DNA from: Leptospirillum ferrooxidans C2-3
Lineage (GTDB): Bacteria; Nitrospirota; Leptospirillia; Leptospirillales; Leptospirillaceae
Assembly: GCF_000284315.1 (NCBI RefSeq)
Contig: NC_017094.1
Coordinates: forward strand, 309,486-341,485
Reading direction: 5' to 3'
DNA length: 32,000 bases
Shown: positions 10,022-20,028 of the stretch, piece after piece
How positions within the stretch are numbered: position 1 is the first letter of the stretch
How the letters are laid out: the number at the start of each line of letters is the position of its first letter
Program-made: the position numbers and the translations under genes
Notes under the pieces: generated by a model
The model's input: the letters and a program-made list of their open reading frames with translations, nothing else
What the model was told of the DNA's origin: nothing
Database searches by the model: none

Positions 10022-10483
10022 TCAAGAGGGGCAGTCTTCTGGAAGGAAGAGCTCCCGATGGCCGCGGGAAAGCCCCCTCGCCCATGTATTCATCGGTAAG
10101 AACACCCCGTTATGGTCCGTTTGCCAAACGGCGCTTCTGGTGAGGAAAGTCGCAAGCTCTGATATGGGAGCATCGCATTTTTTCACCAGGGGAAGGTCAA
10201 AACGGATCTTGACGGTTATCGGATCCTGGGGATCGGGATGATCGATCTCGATTGCGGTAATGGAAAGACCGTAATGTTTGAAGACTTTTTTCAGTCCCAT
10301 GCTGTCATTTGGTCCCGGCAACATGCTCAGAATAACCGAATTGTCCTCTTTTTTCTTTTTAGGCTCCGAACCATCAGCTGTTTGGCCTGTATCCGTCCCC
10401 GGAGGGGGGTTGTCCTGAGCATGGGCAACCGTCGTGAGAAGCAATGCAAAAAAAAGGAGAAAAAAAATGGCTGATCGTTTCAT
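10022..10483 (-). CDS. Secreted hypothetical protein in the tonB operon
   Basis: 153 aa, signal peptide MKRSAIFFLLFFALLLTTVAHAQ; starts 8 bp after the tonB stop; no family recognised. Confidence 0.65.
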   Translation of the reverse strand: MKRSAIFFLLFFALLLTTVAHAQDNPPPGTDTGQTADGSEPKKKKEDNSVILSMLPGPNDSMGLKKVFKHYGLSITAIEIDHPDPQDPITVKIRFDLPLVKKCDAPISELATFLTRSAVWQTDHNGVFLPMNTWARGLSRGHRELFLPEDCPS

Positions 10484-10490
10484 CGGCGAC

Positions 10491-11183
10491 CTAGCTGTTC
10501 TGGATCCGGAACCGGAAGTTTAGCTGGAACTGCCCTTCGACAGGGTTCCCCTTGTATGTGGCAGGGGCAAACTTCAAGGTTTTCAGGATCCCCAGGGAGA
10601 CGTGGTTGATGTCGTCATAGACGGACGGTATGAGCAGCTTGTAATGGGAGATGGCTCCTTTGGGATCGACCCAGACTTCGATGACGACATCGCCTTCTTC
10701 ATCGGAATCTTTCATCTTCTGGGTGTAGAAATTGGAGGTGTCGACCTTCGTCAAAAGCTGAGGAGAAATAAAGTCCGAAGGTGTGCCCTTCGCCGGCGCC
10801 GCGGATCCCCATCCCAAAGAGACCTCGTTTCCGACAGAGGCCACCAGCTGATTTTCCGATGTGGCATTTGCGGCTGGAAGAACGGGAGGTGTGGCCTTCG
10901 GTTGGGGGTGGACCCTCCGGACCACTTTTTTGATCTGGTGGGGAACCGGTTTCGGGGGAGTCGGTTTGGCGATCGGTTTTGGTGGAGCGGGAGGATGGGT
11001 CAGTGTGATCCGGATTGGTTCCGTCTTTTTATCGGGGATCTCGACGGAAGGAGTCACATGGATGGCGAGCAAAAGCCCTCCTTCCATCAGGATGACAAGA
11101 AAGAGGAGTCCATAGAGTCTGAGTGTCGGATTTTCAAGATAGTCTGAAAAAGCGGACTGTTTCGTTCCGGAAAGGGTACTCAT
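10491..11183 (-). CDS. tonB: TonB-family energy-transduction protein
   Basis: 230 aa: N-terminal TM, proline/lysine-rich linker (PPAPPKPIAKPTPPKPVPHQIKK), C-terminal GDVVIEVWVDPKGAISHYKLL...ILKTLKFAPATYKGNPVEGQFQLNFRFRI. 4-nt overlap with exbD. Confidence 0.9.
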   Translation of the reverse strand: MSTLSGTKQSAFSDYLENPTLRLYGLLFLVILMEGGLLLAIHVTPSVEIPDKKTEPIRITLTHPPAPPKPIAKPTPPKPVPHQIKKVVRRVHPQPKATPPVLPAANATSENQLVASVGNEVSLGWGSAAPAKGTPSDFISPQLLTKVDTSNFYTQKMKDSDEEGDVVIEVWVDPKGAISHYKLLIPSVYDDINHVSLGILKTLKFAPATYKGNPVEGQFQLNFRFRIQNS

Positions 11184-11593
11184 TGTTCTTGTGTCCTGAT
11201 GGAGAGATTGTCAAAACCCAATGTGTTGCAGAGATTCATGACACTGACCAGGGCCTGGAGATGGGAGTCCTTGTCTCCGCTGATAATGATCTGCTCCTTG
11301 ACCGATGGATCTTTGGCGATGGCTGCGAGATCGCTTTTCAGCTGGTCTTTTGTCACAGGTGTCTTGTCGAGATAAAGCGCGCCGTTCTCCGTGATGGAAA
11401 TATTCAGCGTCTTGATCTCTTTTTTGATGGGCTGGGTTGCCGCCTTGGGGAGATTGAGCGTAACTCCATTCAGTTTGATCAAAGAGATGGAGATGAAGAT
11501 GAATACGACGAGCAGAAAGAACATGATATCAATCATCGGTATCAGTTCGATCCTGGCGCGTTCTTCTTCGGGATGGTCCGAAAAGAGTCTCAT
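11180..11593 (-). CDS. exbD: ExbD/TolR-type biopolymer transport protein
   Basis: 137 aa; ARIELIPMIDIMFFLLVVFIF TM with conserved Asp; IIISGD-type region EQIIISGDKDSHLQALVSVMNL. Confidence 0.92.
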   Translation of the reverse strand: MRLFSDHPEEERARIELIPMIDIMFFLLVVFIFISISLIKLNGVTLNLPKAATQPIKKEIKTLNISITENGALYLDKTPVTKDQLKSDLAAIAKDPSVKEQIIISGDKDSHLQALVSVMNLCNTLGFDNLSIRTQEQ

Positions 11594-11686
11594 GAGGTGC
11601 TCCTGGTGAAAAAGTGAATGTTCCCGGAACGGTTGATTGTTACATCCCGATGAAAAACGATTTTCATCGGGATCAGGTGTCTGCGT

Positions 11687-12391
11687 TTATTTGGCAACGG
11701 TGGCCGCTCTCGAGATGGTTGAGGGACTTCTCTCTGCGGATAATGTCTGCATGCGTTCTCCGGAAGGAACCAGCCTCAGCCTGTCCTGAAGAAGAAACAG
11801 GAGTCGGGCAGACGATTCGATGGAATTCCGGATTTCCCGGATCATGGTGTTCAACAGGTTGTAGAACCCCAGAGAAACGATTGCGATGACCAGTCCGGTG
11901 GCGGTTGCGATCAAGGCTTCTGCAACTCCGCCGGTGATCTGGGCAGGTTTTCCGAGGCCGGAGACAGACATCACGTGAAAAGAGCCGATGATGCCCATGA
12001 TGGTTCCCAAAAGACCGAGAAGGGGCGCCATGGTAATGGTGGTGTCCAGAAGCCACATTCTCTGCTTGAGTCCTTTTTCTTCGATCAGGGCTTCGGCTTC
12101 GACCAGGTGCTCGAGGTCGCCTGAGGCTGTTTTGTGATCGAGGAAAAGTGCCAGGATCTTGCCGAGGATGAGGTGTGCTCTCTGCGCTTCTTCCAGAAGT
12201 CTTCTGATCTCGACGATTTCTGATTCTCCCTTGCTGCCTTTTCTGAGAACCGAAAGGATCCTCTCTGTTCCAGTTTTTTCCCGGTTGAGATAAAAGAAAC
12301 GTTCGATGATGACGGCAATGGCGATGGCGGACATGGGGATCAAGAGGTACATGATGGGTCCGCCCCTTAAGAGGTAATTGAGTGCATCCAT
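11687..12391 (-). CDS. exbB: ExbB/TolQ/MotA-type proton channel protein
   Basis: 234 aa; LLGLLGTIMGIIGSFHVMSVSGLGKPAQITGGVAEALIATATGLVIAIVSLGFYNLL. Confidence 0.93.
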   Translation of the reverse strand: MDALNYLLRGGPIMYLLIPMSAIAIAVIIERFFYLNREKTGTERILSVLRKGSKGESEIVEIRRLLEEAQRAHLILGKILALFLDHKTASGDLEHLVEAEALIEEKGLKQRMWLLDTTITMAPLLGLLGTIMGIIGSFHVMSVSGLGKPAQITGGVAEALIATATGLVIAIVSLGFYNLLNTMIREIRNSIESSARLLFLLQDRLRLVPSGERMQTLSAERSPSTISRAATVAK

Positions 12392-12572
12392 GGTCTGGCT
12401 CCTTTTGAGATGTGTGTTTGTTCTTTCGAAGTAGTCTTAATCATTCCCACTTGGATTGTTTCATGCCAATGTGACCCCAAGGTAAAAATTTGATGAACGG
12501 CCTGTCACAGAGAATTGGGAGGGGGGAAATTTGGTTTAAGAAATCCAGGAAAGTGAATGAAGATGAAGAGAT

Positions 12573-12607
12573 AAAAAAGGAGGTGGCTTTTGATGGGCCA
12601 CCTCCTT
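12573..12607 (-). terminator. Rho-independent terminator downstream of the intact TonB-dependent receptor gene
   Basis: Perfect 11-bp stem AAGGAGGTGGC (12577-12587) / GCCACCTCCTT (12597-12607) with an A-run at 12573-12578 that reads as a U-run on the minus strand. Confidence 0.85.
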
Positions 12608-12630
12608 GAAATTACAGGTGCTGTAGGGTC

Positions 12631-15534
12631 CTAGAAGGTAACGGTGACACCTCCGAAAACGTTGATCGGTTCACCCGGGTAGACAAACAGTGTATCGACA
12701 TTGTTATTGCCTGTCAGAAATGCCGGGTTATAGTAATTTGTGTTCAAGAGATTGAATGCGTTGAAAAACAACTGGGCGCTCTTGTACCAGCTTGTTGTGG
12801 GAAGATCGTAGGCCAGAATAAGGTTGGTCACGAAATATCCCGGAGAATTGGCTTGGCAATTACAGTTGCCACTAACGCCGCCACCGGTATCGATGACATT
12901 CATGTTACCGGTATAGCGTTCATTGATCGTGGCATGCCATGGTCCTGCTGCATAGTTCAGATCAAGATTGGCCAATTGATTGGGGACAAAGGGAAGTCTG
13001 TCTCCGGTATTGCTGTAAGATCCGAATGACGCACTTAAAAATGTTGCGTTTGTAACGGTGTAGTTTCCGTCGACAGAAAATCCGTCTCCGATGACATATT
13101 TGAATTCTGCTTCAATTCCTTCCATCTGGGCGGTATTGGCCTGAACGGGAACAACATTCGGAACATTGTTGACGGTGACCAGGGATGTCAGAAGCATGTT
13201 CGAGATATAGTCAGAGTATCCGTCGATGGCGATGAAACCCTTTGTTCCTGTATAACGGGCACCCATCTGGTAATCATTGATAATTTCCGGTTGCACATTC
13301 AATTGCTGCTGTCCCGGTGCGAGTCCCGACCAGAACTGAATGGCTGGGGTGGAATAGGACTGTCCCGCACTTGCATAAAGTTTCAATTCTTTAATGGGGT
13401 AGTAGTCAATTCCCACATGCGGAAGAAAAACGTCGAAGTTTTGACCAGCGGTGATTCCTCCTTCTCCGTGTCCCTGGCTTGTGATGTAGGCCAGATTGGC
13501 TCCAGTCAAGTGTTCGGAATACTGCTCTCCGACCTCCATGGCCCGGAAACCTGCACTCACCAGCACCTGATGGGTCGGTCGCCAGTGGTCCTCAAGATAA
13601 CCTCCGATGGTCAAGAGCTCATTGGAAGCATCCTGGGCATTTCCGGTGATATTGGGCGAAAGCAACGGATTGTTTGCATAGAGATAATTGGAATCAGAAA
13701 GCCTGAACCCGACATGAAGGGTATTTTGCCCAATAATGGGGGTCAGACTGTTCCAGAGCTTGATGGTGCTTTCGACGATGTCTCCGACTTTGAACCCCTG
13801 ACCCTCGATATAGCTGAAGTTGAAGGGGTTCTGTGAGGTCGATCCACCGCTTGACTGCTGCCCTCCATAAGTAGGCGTCAGATTCTGGAAGCTCCCTCCT
13901 CCGGGAATCTGGTTTGTTCCGGTGGAAGTGACCGGAACGTTGATGACTCCGTAAGGAGTGATCAAGGCGAAGGCATTATTTTTGATTGTGACAGAATCAT
14001 TGATCTTGTTTTCTGACTGCAGGGTGAACATGTAGCGTTCTGAAATCCAGTCCTTGTAGTAAGGTGAATTGGGTGTGTTGACCCCATTGGCATATCCGGT
14101 GTTCTCCCCATTGGGCAGCCCGTTGTAGGTGGCGCCGAATGAATTGAAATCCTGGACGGTCATGGAGGAGCCACGATCATAGTTTTTGTAGGCTCCGGTA
14201 AACATGAGCTTGACGTATCCATTCGAGAGATACTTGCTGATGTTTCCGTAATCCTGGATTTCCTGATAGTTCGTATATTCCTGAAAGCCGTTCATGTTCA
14301 GAAAGGAGAGGTCATTATATCCCGCAGCATTGACTTTTGTGTTTAAACCGGTATTTGTGATCAGGGAGGTATAATAGAGTCCGTAATTTCCCATTCCGGA
14401 AGTGATCTGGGTATAGGCATCCTTGGTGGGCTGTACCAGATGAATATTGATGGCGCAACCGGAGGCATAGTTCCCAAGCTGTTGCGATGTGGTGACACCC
14501 CTCTGGATGTCGACAGAGGAAATGTCATTGTTCATGAGGTTCAGGTCATAGACCATACCGCCGTCCTGGTTCACATTCTGGGGAACTCCCTCGACGGAAA
14601 ACTCGATATTGGAACCACCGGAAGGAGCAGAGTTGGAACCACCCGTAGTATAGCCCCGGCACATGAAGTAGTTCATTCCGCCAGTGATACCGTTGGCGCC
14701 TGAACGCGAATAGTAATTGACTGAAGGCGTCTGCATCAGGACATACCCGATACCGGTTGTCTGGTTTTCTGCAAATTTCTTTCTGCCGACAATGGTCATT
14801 GCGCCGGTATTATCCTGAATTTTCTTGTTTGCCTCTGCGTTGATGTCAGCTTCTGCCAGACGATTCAGACGAAGCGGAAAATTATGAGATGTGTTTCCAT
14901 TGATCGCTATTTTTTCCGAGAGGGGAAAATAGCCTTTTTTGGTGATCTGTACAAGGTAGTCTCCAGACGGGATATTGTTCAGTGAGAAATGTCCTGAGTT
15001 GTCGGATCCCACCGTGTAAATTTCATTGGTGCGGGTGTTTTTGACAGCCATTTGGGCAGAAAGGGGAATCTTGTTGTCCCCATGGCCCTCATAGATATTT
15101 CCGGATAAAAGAGAGTTTCCTGTCGAGAGGGGCAAGACCTGAAAGTTCATTTCTCCGACTGTATTCCCTTTCAGGATTCCTTCTTTTTTCTGAAGCGAAA
15201 AGCTTCCTCCACCGGCAATGATCTGATAGTTGCCAGGTGCCAGATGAGAGAAAATGAAAGCTCCCTGAGCATCGGTTTTTTTGGTGACGACTTCTCCTGT
15301 GCCGTTGTTTTTTAAGGCAACGGGAACACTTGAAAGCGGTTTCTTGTCTTTACTGGAAAAGATCGTTCCATAAATCACAGAGGAAGCTGCTACCGACGGG
15401 GCAGAGGCTTCCTTTCCCGATGCGGATGCATCAGGAGCCGACTGACCGTACGATAAAGGTCCGTTCCATTGACTGACAAGAAAAATCCCGGCCAAAGCCG
15501 CGATATTCTTGAGGGTCTTTTCTTTTCTGATCAC
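12631..15534 (-). CDS. TonB-dependent outer-membrane receptor with N-terminal carboxypeptidase-regulatory-like domains
   Basis: 967 aa, signal peptide, two tandem regulatory-like modules (KPLSSVPVALKNNGTGEVVTKKTDAQGAFIFSHLAPGNYQII; KIPLSAQMAVKNTRTNEIYTVGSDNSGHFSLNNIPSGDYLVQ), plug-like region, C-terminal TF ending (VFGGVTVTF). Confidence 0.9.
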   Translation of the reverse strand: MIRKEKTLKNIAALAGIFLVSQWNGPLSYGQSAPDASASGKEASAPSVAASSVIYGTIFSSKDKKPLSSVPVALKNNGTGEVVTKKTDAQGAFIFSHLAPGNYQIIAGGGSFSLQKKEGILKGNTVGEMNFQVLPLSTGNSLLSGNIYEGHGDNKIPLSAQMAVKNTRTNEIYTVGSDNSGHFSLNNIPSGDYLVQITKKGYFPLSEKIAINGNTSHNFPLRLNRLAEADINAEANKKIQDNTGAMTIVGRKKFAENQTTGIGYVLMQTPSVNYYSRSGANGITGGMNYFMCRGYTTGGSNSAPSGGSNIEFSVEGVPQNVNQDGGMVYDLNLMNNDISSVDIQRGVTTSQQLGNYASGCAINIHLVQPTKDAYTQITSGMGNYGLYYTSLITNTGLNTKVNAAGYNDLSFLNMNGFQEYTNYQEIQDYGNISKYLSNGYVKLMFTGAYKNYDRGSSMTVQDFNSFGATYNGLPNGENTGYANGVNTPNSPYYKDWISERYMFTLQSENKINDSVTIKNNAFALITPYGVINVPVTSTGTNQIPGGGSFQNLTPTYGGQQSSGGSTSQNPFNFSYIEGQGFKVGDIVESTIKLWNSLTPIIGQNTLHVGFRLSDSNYLYANNPLLSPNITGNAQDASNELLTIGGYLEDHWRPTHQVLVSAGFRAMEVGEQYSEHLTGANLAYITSQGHGEGGITAGQNFDVFLPHVGIDYYPIKELKLYASAGQSYSTPAIQFWSGLAPGQQQLNVQPEIINDYQMGARYTGTKGFIAIDGYSDYISNMLLTSLVTVNNVPNVVPVQANTAQMEGIEAEFKYVIGDGFSVDGNYTVTNATFLSASFGSYSNTGDRLPFVPNQLANLDLNYAAGPWHATINERYTGNMNVIDTGGGVSGNCNCQANSPGYFVTNLILAYDLPTTSWYKSAQLFFNAFNLLNTNYYNPAFLTGNNNVDTLFVYPGEPINVFGGVTVTF

Positions 15535-15796
15535 CTATTCCCCCTTTGTAAAATGTCCAAAATGAGACTTTTTGAGTTTGTCCAAAAATGTTTGCGCAGC
15601 TCTTTCTGTCCCGAACGGCACATAGGCCAGTTTGGTTGTGGGGATAATAAGGGAAGAGGAATAAATGGCGGTTAGGGTCTGGTGAACGGGGTGTCATTCA
15701 ATCTTGATGGGATCTTGATGTTTTTGGGAAGGTCTTGCTTCCAAGATGGATGAATGGGAGATGGTTCTCTCAAGATCGGGGCAGGGGAGGGTTTTC

Positions 15797-16552
15797 TTAA
15801 TCTTCCCATCGATCCTTGAATCGGTATCCGATTCCCCGAAGCGTTTCGATGAATCGGGGGCGATCTGAAGGGTCCTTCAGTTTTTTTCTCAGGGAATAGA
15901 CATGGACTTTCAGGTTATCATCGCCGACAGGGTTGTCATCGCTCCAGAGCTCAGAGAGCAACTCTTCTTTTGATATGGCGTGTCCCTGATGCTCGATCAG
16001 ATACTGGAGAATGATGAACTCCATTCTTGTCAGGGAGATTTTCTTGCCGTCCACAAAAAGCTCTCTCCGGACACTGTCAAAGGAGAGCGGACCAAAGGAC
16101 AGGGAGATTTTTTTGGTGGCCAGCTTTTCTTTTTTGATTTGACATCTGCGAATGAGTGACTTGATCCGGGTCAACATTTCCCGGGCCGAAAATGGCTTGA
16201 CCATAAAATCGTCAGCCCCTTCGAGAAGGGCATGTGTCCCGACATCGGGATTGTGGTTTGCGGATATCCCCATTATGGGGGAGTTTTTCAATTCCGGATG
16301 GGAGCGGATGAATCGACAAACCTCAACCCCTGAGACCTCCGGAAGCATCCAGTCGATGATACAGAAGATCTTGACTTTTTTGCTCGCCATTTTGCGGAGT
16401 GCCCATATGGCCTCGTCGCCTCCCTGGGCGACTGCGACCTGATAACGCTCTCTTAGGAGGAAGTGTTTCAAGAAAGCAATCTGCTCTGCTTCATCCTCGA
16501 TCAAGAGTATGGTCGGTCTCGGGTCTTCCATCATATCGGTTTCATGAATCAT
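15797..16552 (-). CDS. OmpR/PhoB-family response regulator (no kinase in window)
   Basis: 251 aa; receiver domain TILLIEDE, IIDWMLPEVSG, VKPFSAREML; C-terminal winged helix LTRMEFIILQYLIEHQGHAISKEELLSELW...LKVHVYSLRKKL...IETLRGIGYRF. Confidence 0.92.
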   Translation of the reverse strand: MIHETDMMEDPRPTILLIEDEAEQIAFLKHFLLRERYQVAVAQGGDEAIWALRKMASKKVKIFCIIDWMLPEVSGVEVCRFIRSHPELKNSPIMGISANHNPDVGTHALLEGADDFMVKPFSAREMLTRIKSLIRRCQIKKEKLATKKISLSFGPLSFDSVRRELFVDGKKISLTRMEFIILQYLIEHQGHAISKEELLSELWSDDNPVGDDNLKVHVYSLRKKLKDPSDRPRFIETLRGIGYRFKDRWED

Positions 16553-16903
16553 CTATTGCTCCGGGAGAATCGACCCGACCCGATTTGGCATCAGGATCGA
16601 TTGTTTGTTGAAAGACTTTCAATTCAGAGTTTTTATGCTGAAACTCAAAAACAGGATAAAAAACAGAAACTTTATTGAGATATTGATTTTTTCAGCAACC
16701 CATAGAGAGGATAAAAAAGGCAGATCAACTTTGGGTCAATTTTTGGTTAATATTTGGGGTCAAAAATGATTTCAGGAAGAGAAAGAAAAAAGTTGCGGAT
16801 GAGATGGAGTTTTTTAAAGCTTGATAGGGAGCCGATTGGGGAAACTGCCGTTAGGCAGCTTCCCGTCGGTTGTTATTGTCGAGCTCAAAAAATGAATCAA
16901 AAT

Positions 16904-19148
16904 TTAAAAGGTGACTTTGACTCCGGCAAAAAGATTGACCGGTTCTCCAGGGTAGACGAAGAGCGTTGCCAGGTTGTTGGCGGTAGCGGCATTTCCTGAG
17001 CCGTAATAGCCGGCCGGGTTGTAGTAGTTGGTATTAAGAAGATTGTATGCCGACAAATAGAGGTTCGCGGCCTTGTACCATCCGTCGACCTTCGGCAGGT
17101 CATAGGAAGCATAGAGATCGGTCACGAAATACCCAGGAACATTGTCCTGAGGATTCCCGGGCGTTCCCGACATGTCGACGACATTCATCATCCCGGTGTA
17201 CCGCTCGTCAACTGTGATGTGGTACGGACCATGGTCGTAGGAAAGTGCGAGATTTCCCATGTCCAGAGGAATGAACGGAATCATGTCCCCGGCGAAGTTC
17301 TGGCCGCTGGCGGGAGTATTTCCCAGAACATTATTCATGTAGGTGAAGTTTGCGGAACCTGTAAAACCCAAACCCAGATCGATTTTGCCTTCTGCCTCGA
17401 TTCCCTGCTGACGGGCTTGGGCGATATTTTCAAACTGGGTGAAGGTCGTTGTCCCGGAAGTGAAGGGTACTGCGACCGGCATATTGGTCAGATAATCGCT
17501 GTAAACATCCAGAGCGACGAATCCTTTTTGAGTCGAATACCGTGTTCCAACACTCAGATCCCAAACATTTTCGGGTTGAACTCCCCCCACCAATGAACCG
17601 GAGGAGAATCCCTTGTAGTCGAACATCGCGGGAGGCGCGAAGGACTCACCACCCGTGACATAAAGCTTCCAATGCTCGTTGGGGTAGTAGTTCAGTCCGA
17701 CATGGGGCATGGGGATCAACATCGATCCTCCGTTGCTGACACCCTGGCCTGCTGCCGAAAAGTCTGAGCTGGGGACCTGGTCATTATAGTACTGGGCGAT
17801 ACTCGCAACCCGGAATCCGACATTGATCAGGACCTGATCCACTGGTCGGTAATGGTCCTCGAGGTATCCCACAATACTTGTCTGGGAGTAGATCGCATCG
17901 TTTGTTCCACCAACAATATTGCCACCCAACAAAGGATCGATGTAGTAATGGTAGGTTGCGTACTGACCTTTCATTCCCAGATAGAGATTGTCGTCTTTCC
18001 AGAGCCGGTACTTGACCTCGGCAATATCTCCCGCCTTGTATCCCTCTGCCTGATAATAGTTCTGGAGGAACTGGTACCCAAGCTGGCCGCTCATGTTTGG
18101 AGCGATGGAACCTGAGGTAGACGAAGTACAGGAGGTCCCGTTGCAGCTCCCGAATCCCGCCGGCATGCTTGTACTTCCGTAAGGCTCCACATTTGCATAT
18201 AGAGAGTTTTTCACCCGGATCGACGGGGTGATCTGGTCCTTGACGCCCAGATCCAGCATGAACCGCCCGTATTCCCAATTTTTGAAAAACGGCGAATTGG
18301 GCGTATCTCCCGGGTTGGTCGGGTTACTATAGCTCGGACCGCCATTGTTGGTCGGGCCGTAGGTATTGTAATTCGCGAGACTCATCGATGCGCCGCGGTC
18401 ATAGGATTTGTAATTCGCTGTGGTGATGAAGTAAAGCTTCCCTCCCGTCAGATACTTTGTAAGATTCCCGTAATACTGGTATTCGGTAAGAGGAGTGAAC
18501 TGCTGGAAGCCATCCTGGTGAATGATGGTGAAGTCGTTGTAGCCACCGATGTTTGTGATCGAATTGATCCCTGAGTTGTTGATGTAGCTTGTGTAATAGA
18601 GCCCGTAGGAACCGCCTCCGGCGTTGACAGTCTGAAAGGCATCCTGCATGGGATCAACCAGATGGAAGTTCACGGAACATCCCGCCGCGTAGTTTCCGGT
18701 TTCCCGGGATGTTGTCACACCCCTGTTGACGGTTGCGGACTTGATGTCGGTGTTCATGATCCCGAGATCATAGACTTCCCCGCCATCGGCTTCAATGTTC
18801 ATCGGAACGCCTTCAACCGACATTTCAATTCCGGCATTTCCGTTCGGATTGGTGTTGGCGCCGCCCACTGTATAGCCACGGCAGGACATGTAGTTCATTC
18901 CCCCTGAGATACCCTGAGCTCCGGAACGGGAATAGTACTCGATACCCGGCGTGTTCTGCATGAGGGTATAGCCCGCACCGGTTGTCAGATTCTGCTGAAA
19001 TTTCTTCTGGTCAACAATGGAAATGGCACCGGTATTGTCCTGGATTCTCTTGTTTCCCTCCGCACGGATTTCGGCTCGCGCCATGCGATTGAATTGAAGT
19101 GAGATATTTTCTCTTGTCTTCCCGCTGACATCGACCGTTTCGGAGACT
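16904..19148 (-). pseudogene. C-terminal fragment of a second TonB-dependent receptor, disrupted by an IS21-family insertion
   Basis: Paralogous to the receptor at 12631..15534 (NKRIQDNTGAISIVDQKKFQQNLTTGAGYTLMQ vs NKKIQDNTGAMTIVGRKKFAENQTTGIGYVLMQ; C-termini VNLFAGVKVTF vs INVFGGVTVTF). No signal peptide; the track ORF start at 19165 is a TTG inside the IS. Confidence 0.92.
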
Positions 19149-19153
19149 GGAAC
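19149..19153. repeat. Target-site duplication, left copy (GGAAC)
   Basis: GGAAC abuts the IS terminus TGTAGATTG; an identical GGAAC follows the other terminus at 21611-21615. Confidence 0.9.
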
Positions 19154-19215
19154 TGTAGATTGCAACTACTTTTGACCCCTTTTTGAAAAATAAAATTGAC
19201 CCCCCTTCCTCCCGG

Positions 19216-20028
19216 TTAAAGTGAGGCTTTGATTTCTCCTTCCCCTTGCGAGATAAGCGAAGATGGGGATGGTTTTGCGCTCTTTCGCCGATGGATTTTG
19301 TCCCGGACACGATAGCTCGATCCCTGGATAGGGAAAATCCGGGCATGATGAACCAGCCGGTCAATAATGGCCGCCGCCACGACAGAGTCGGGAAAGATCT
19401 TTCCCCAGTCTTCGAACCCGTAGTTGCTGGTCAGAAGGATCGATCCTTTCTCGTAACGGATGGAGACCAGCTGAAAGAGCAGGTTGGCCTCTTCCCGGGT
19501 AATCGGGGTGTATCCGACCTCGTCGATGATCAGGACATGGTACCGGGAATATGCCAGGAGGCTCGCCGGCAGGGTGCCGTTCCGGACCGACAGAGACAGA
19601 TCCCGCAAGAGAGCGGGGAGGGTGAGGAACAGAACGCGCTTTTTGGCTTGGCAGGCCTTGATGCCGATCGCCACGGCCAGATGTGTTTTCCCGACGCCAG
19701 GCGGTCCAAGGAAAACAAGATTCTCGGCCTTCTCCAGAAAGTCGAGCGTTCCCAAGCGGACCAAGGTTTTTTCCTCCAGGGAGGGCTGGAAAGAAAAGTC
19801 GAACTCCTCCAGGGTGCGGAGGAAAGGGAACCGGGCCAGAGTTATTTTGGTGCGGACCGACCGGTCGGTCTTTCCCCGGGTTTCTTCATCCAGAAGAAGA
19901 GCCAGGTATTCCTCGTACTGGAGCTGGTTCTTGGCCGCTTCTTCGGCCAGAGGGCGGTAAAGGTCGATCAGTCCCTTTAAACTCAGGGTCCGGAGTTGCT
20001 GAGTGATCCGCTGGTGGAGGTCAGTCAT
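19216..20028 (-). CDS. istB: IS21-family helper ATPase
   Basis: Start taken as ATG at 20028 (MTDLHQRITQQLRTLSLKGLIDLY...), P-loop GPPGVGKTHLAVAIG, VLIIDEVGYTPI, LLTSNYGFEDWGKIF. Overlaps the istA end. Confidence 0.95.
   Translation of the reverse strand: MTDLHQRITQQLRTLSLKGLIDLYRPLAEEAAKNQLQYEEYLALLLDEETRGKTDRSVRTKITLARFPFLRTLEEFDFSFQPSLEEKTLVRLGTLDFLEKAENLVFLGPPGVGKTHLAVAIGIKACQAKKRVLFLTLPALLRDLSLSVRNGTLPASLLAYSRYHVLIIDEVGYTPITREEANLLFQLVSIRYEKGSILLTSNYGFEDWGKIFPDSVVAAAIIDRLVHHARIFPIQGSSYRVRDKIHRRKSAKPSPSSLISQGEGEIKASL

Noticed and set aside
16845-16878. Hairpin GGGAAACTGCC-GTTA-GGCAGCTTCCC after the second receptor as a terminator.
   Set aside because: The stem has an internal A/C mismatch and there is no clear U-run on either strand; not strong enough to list.
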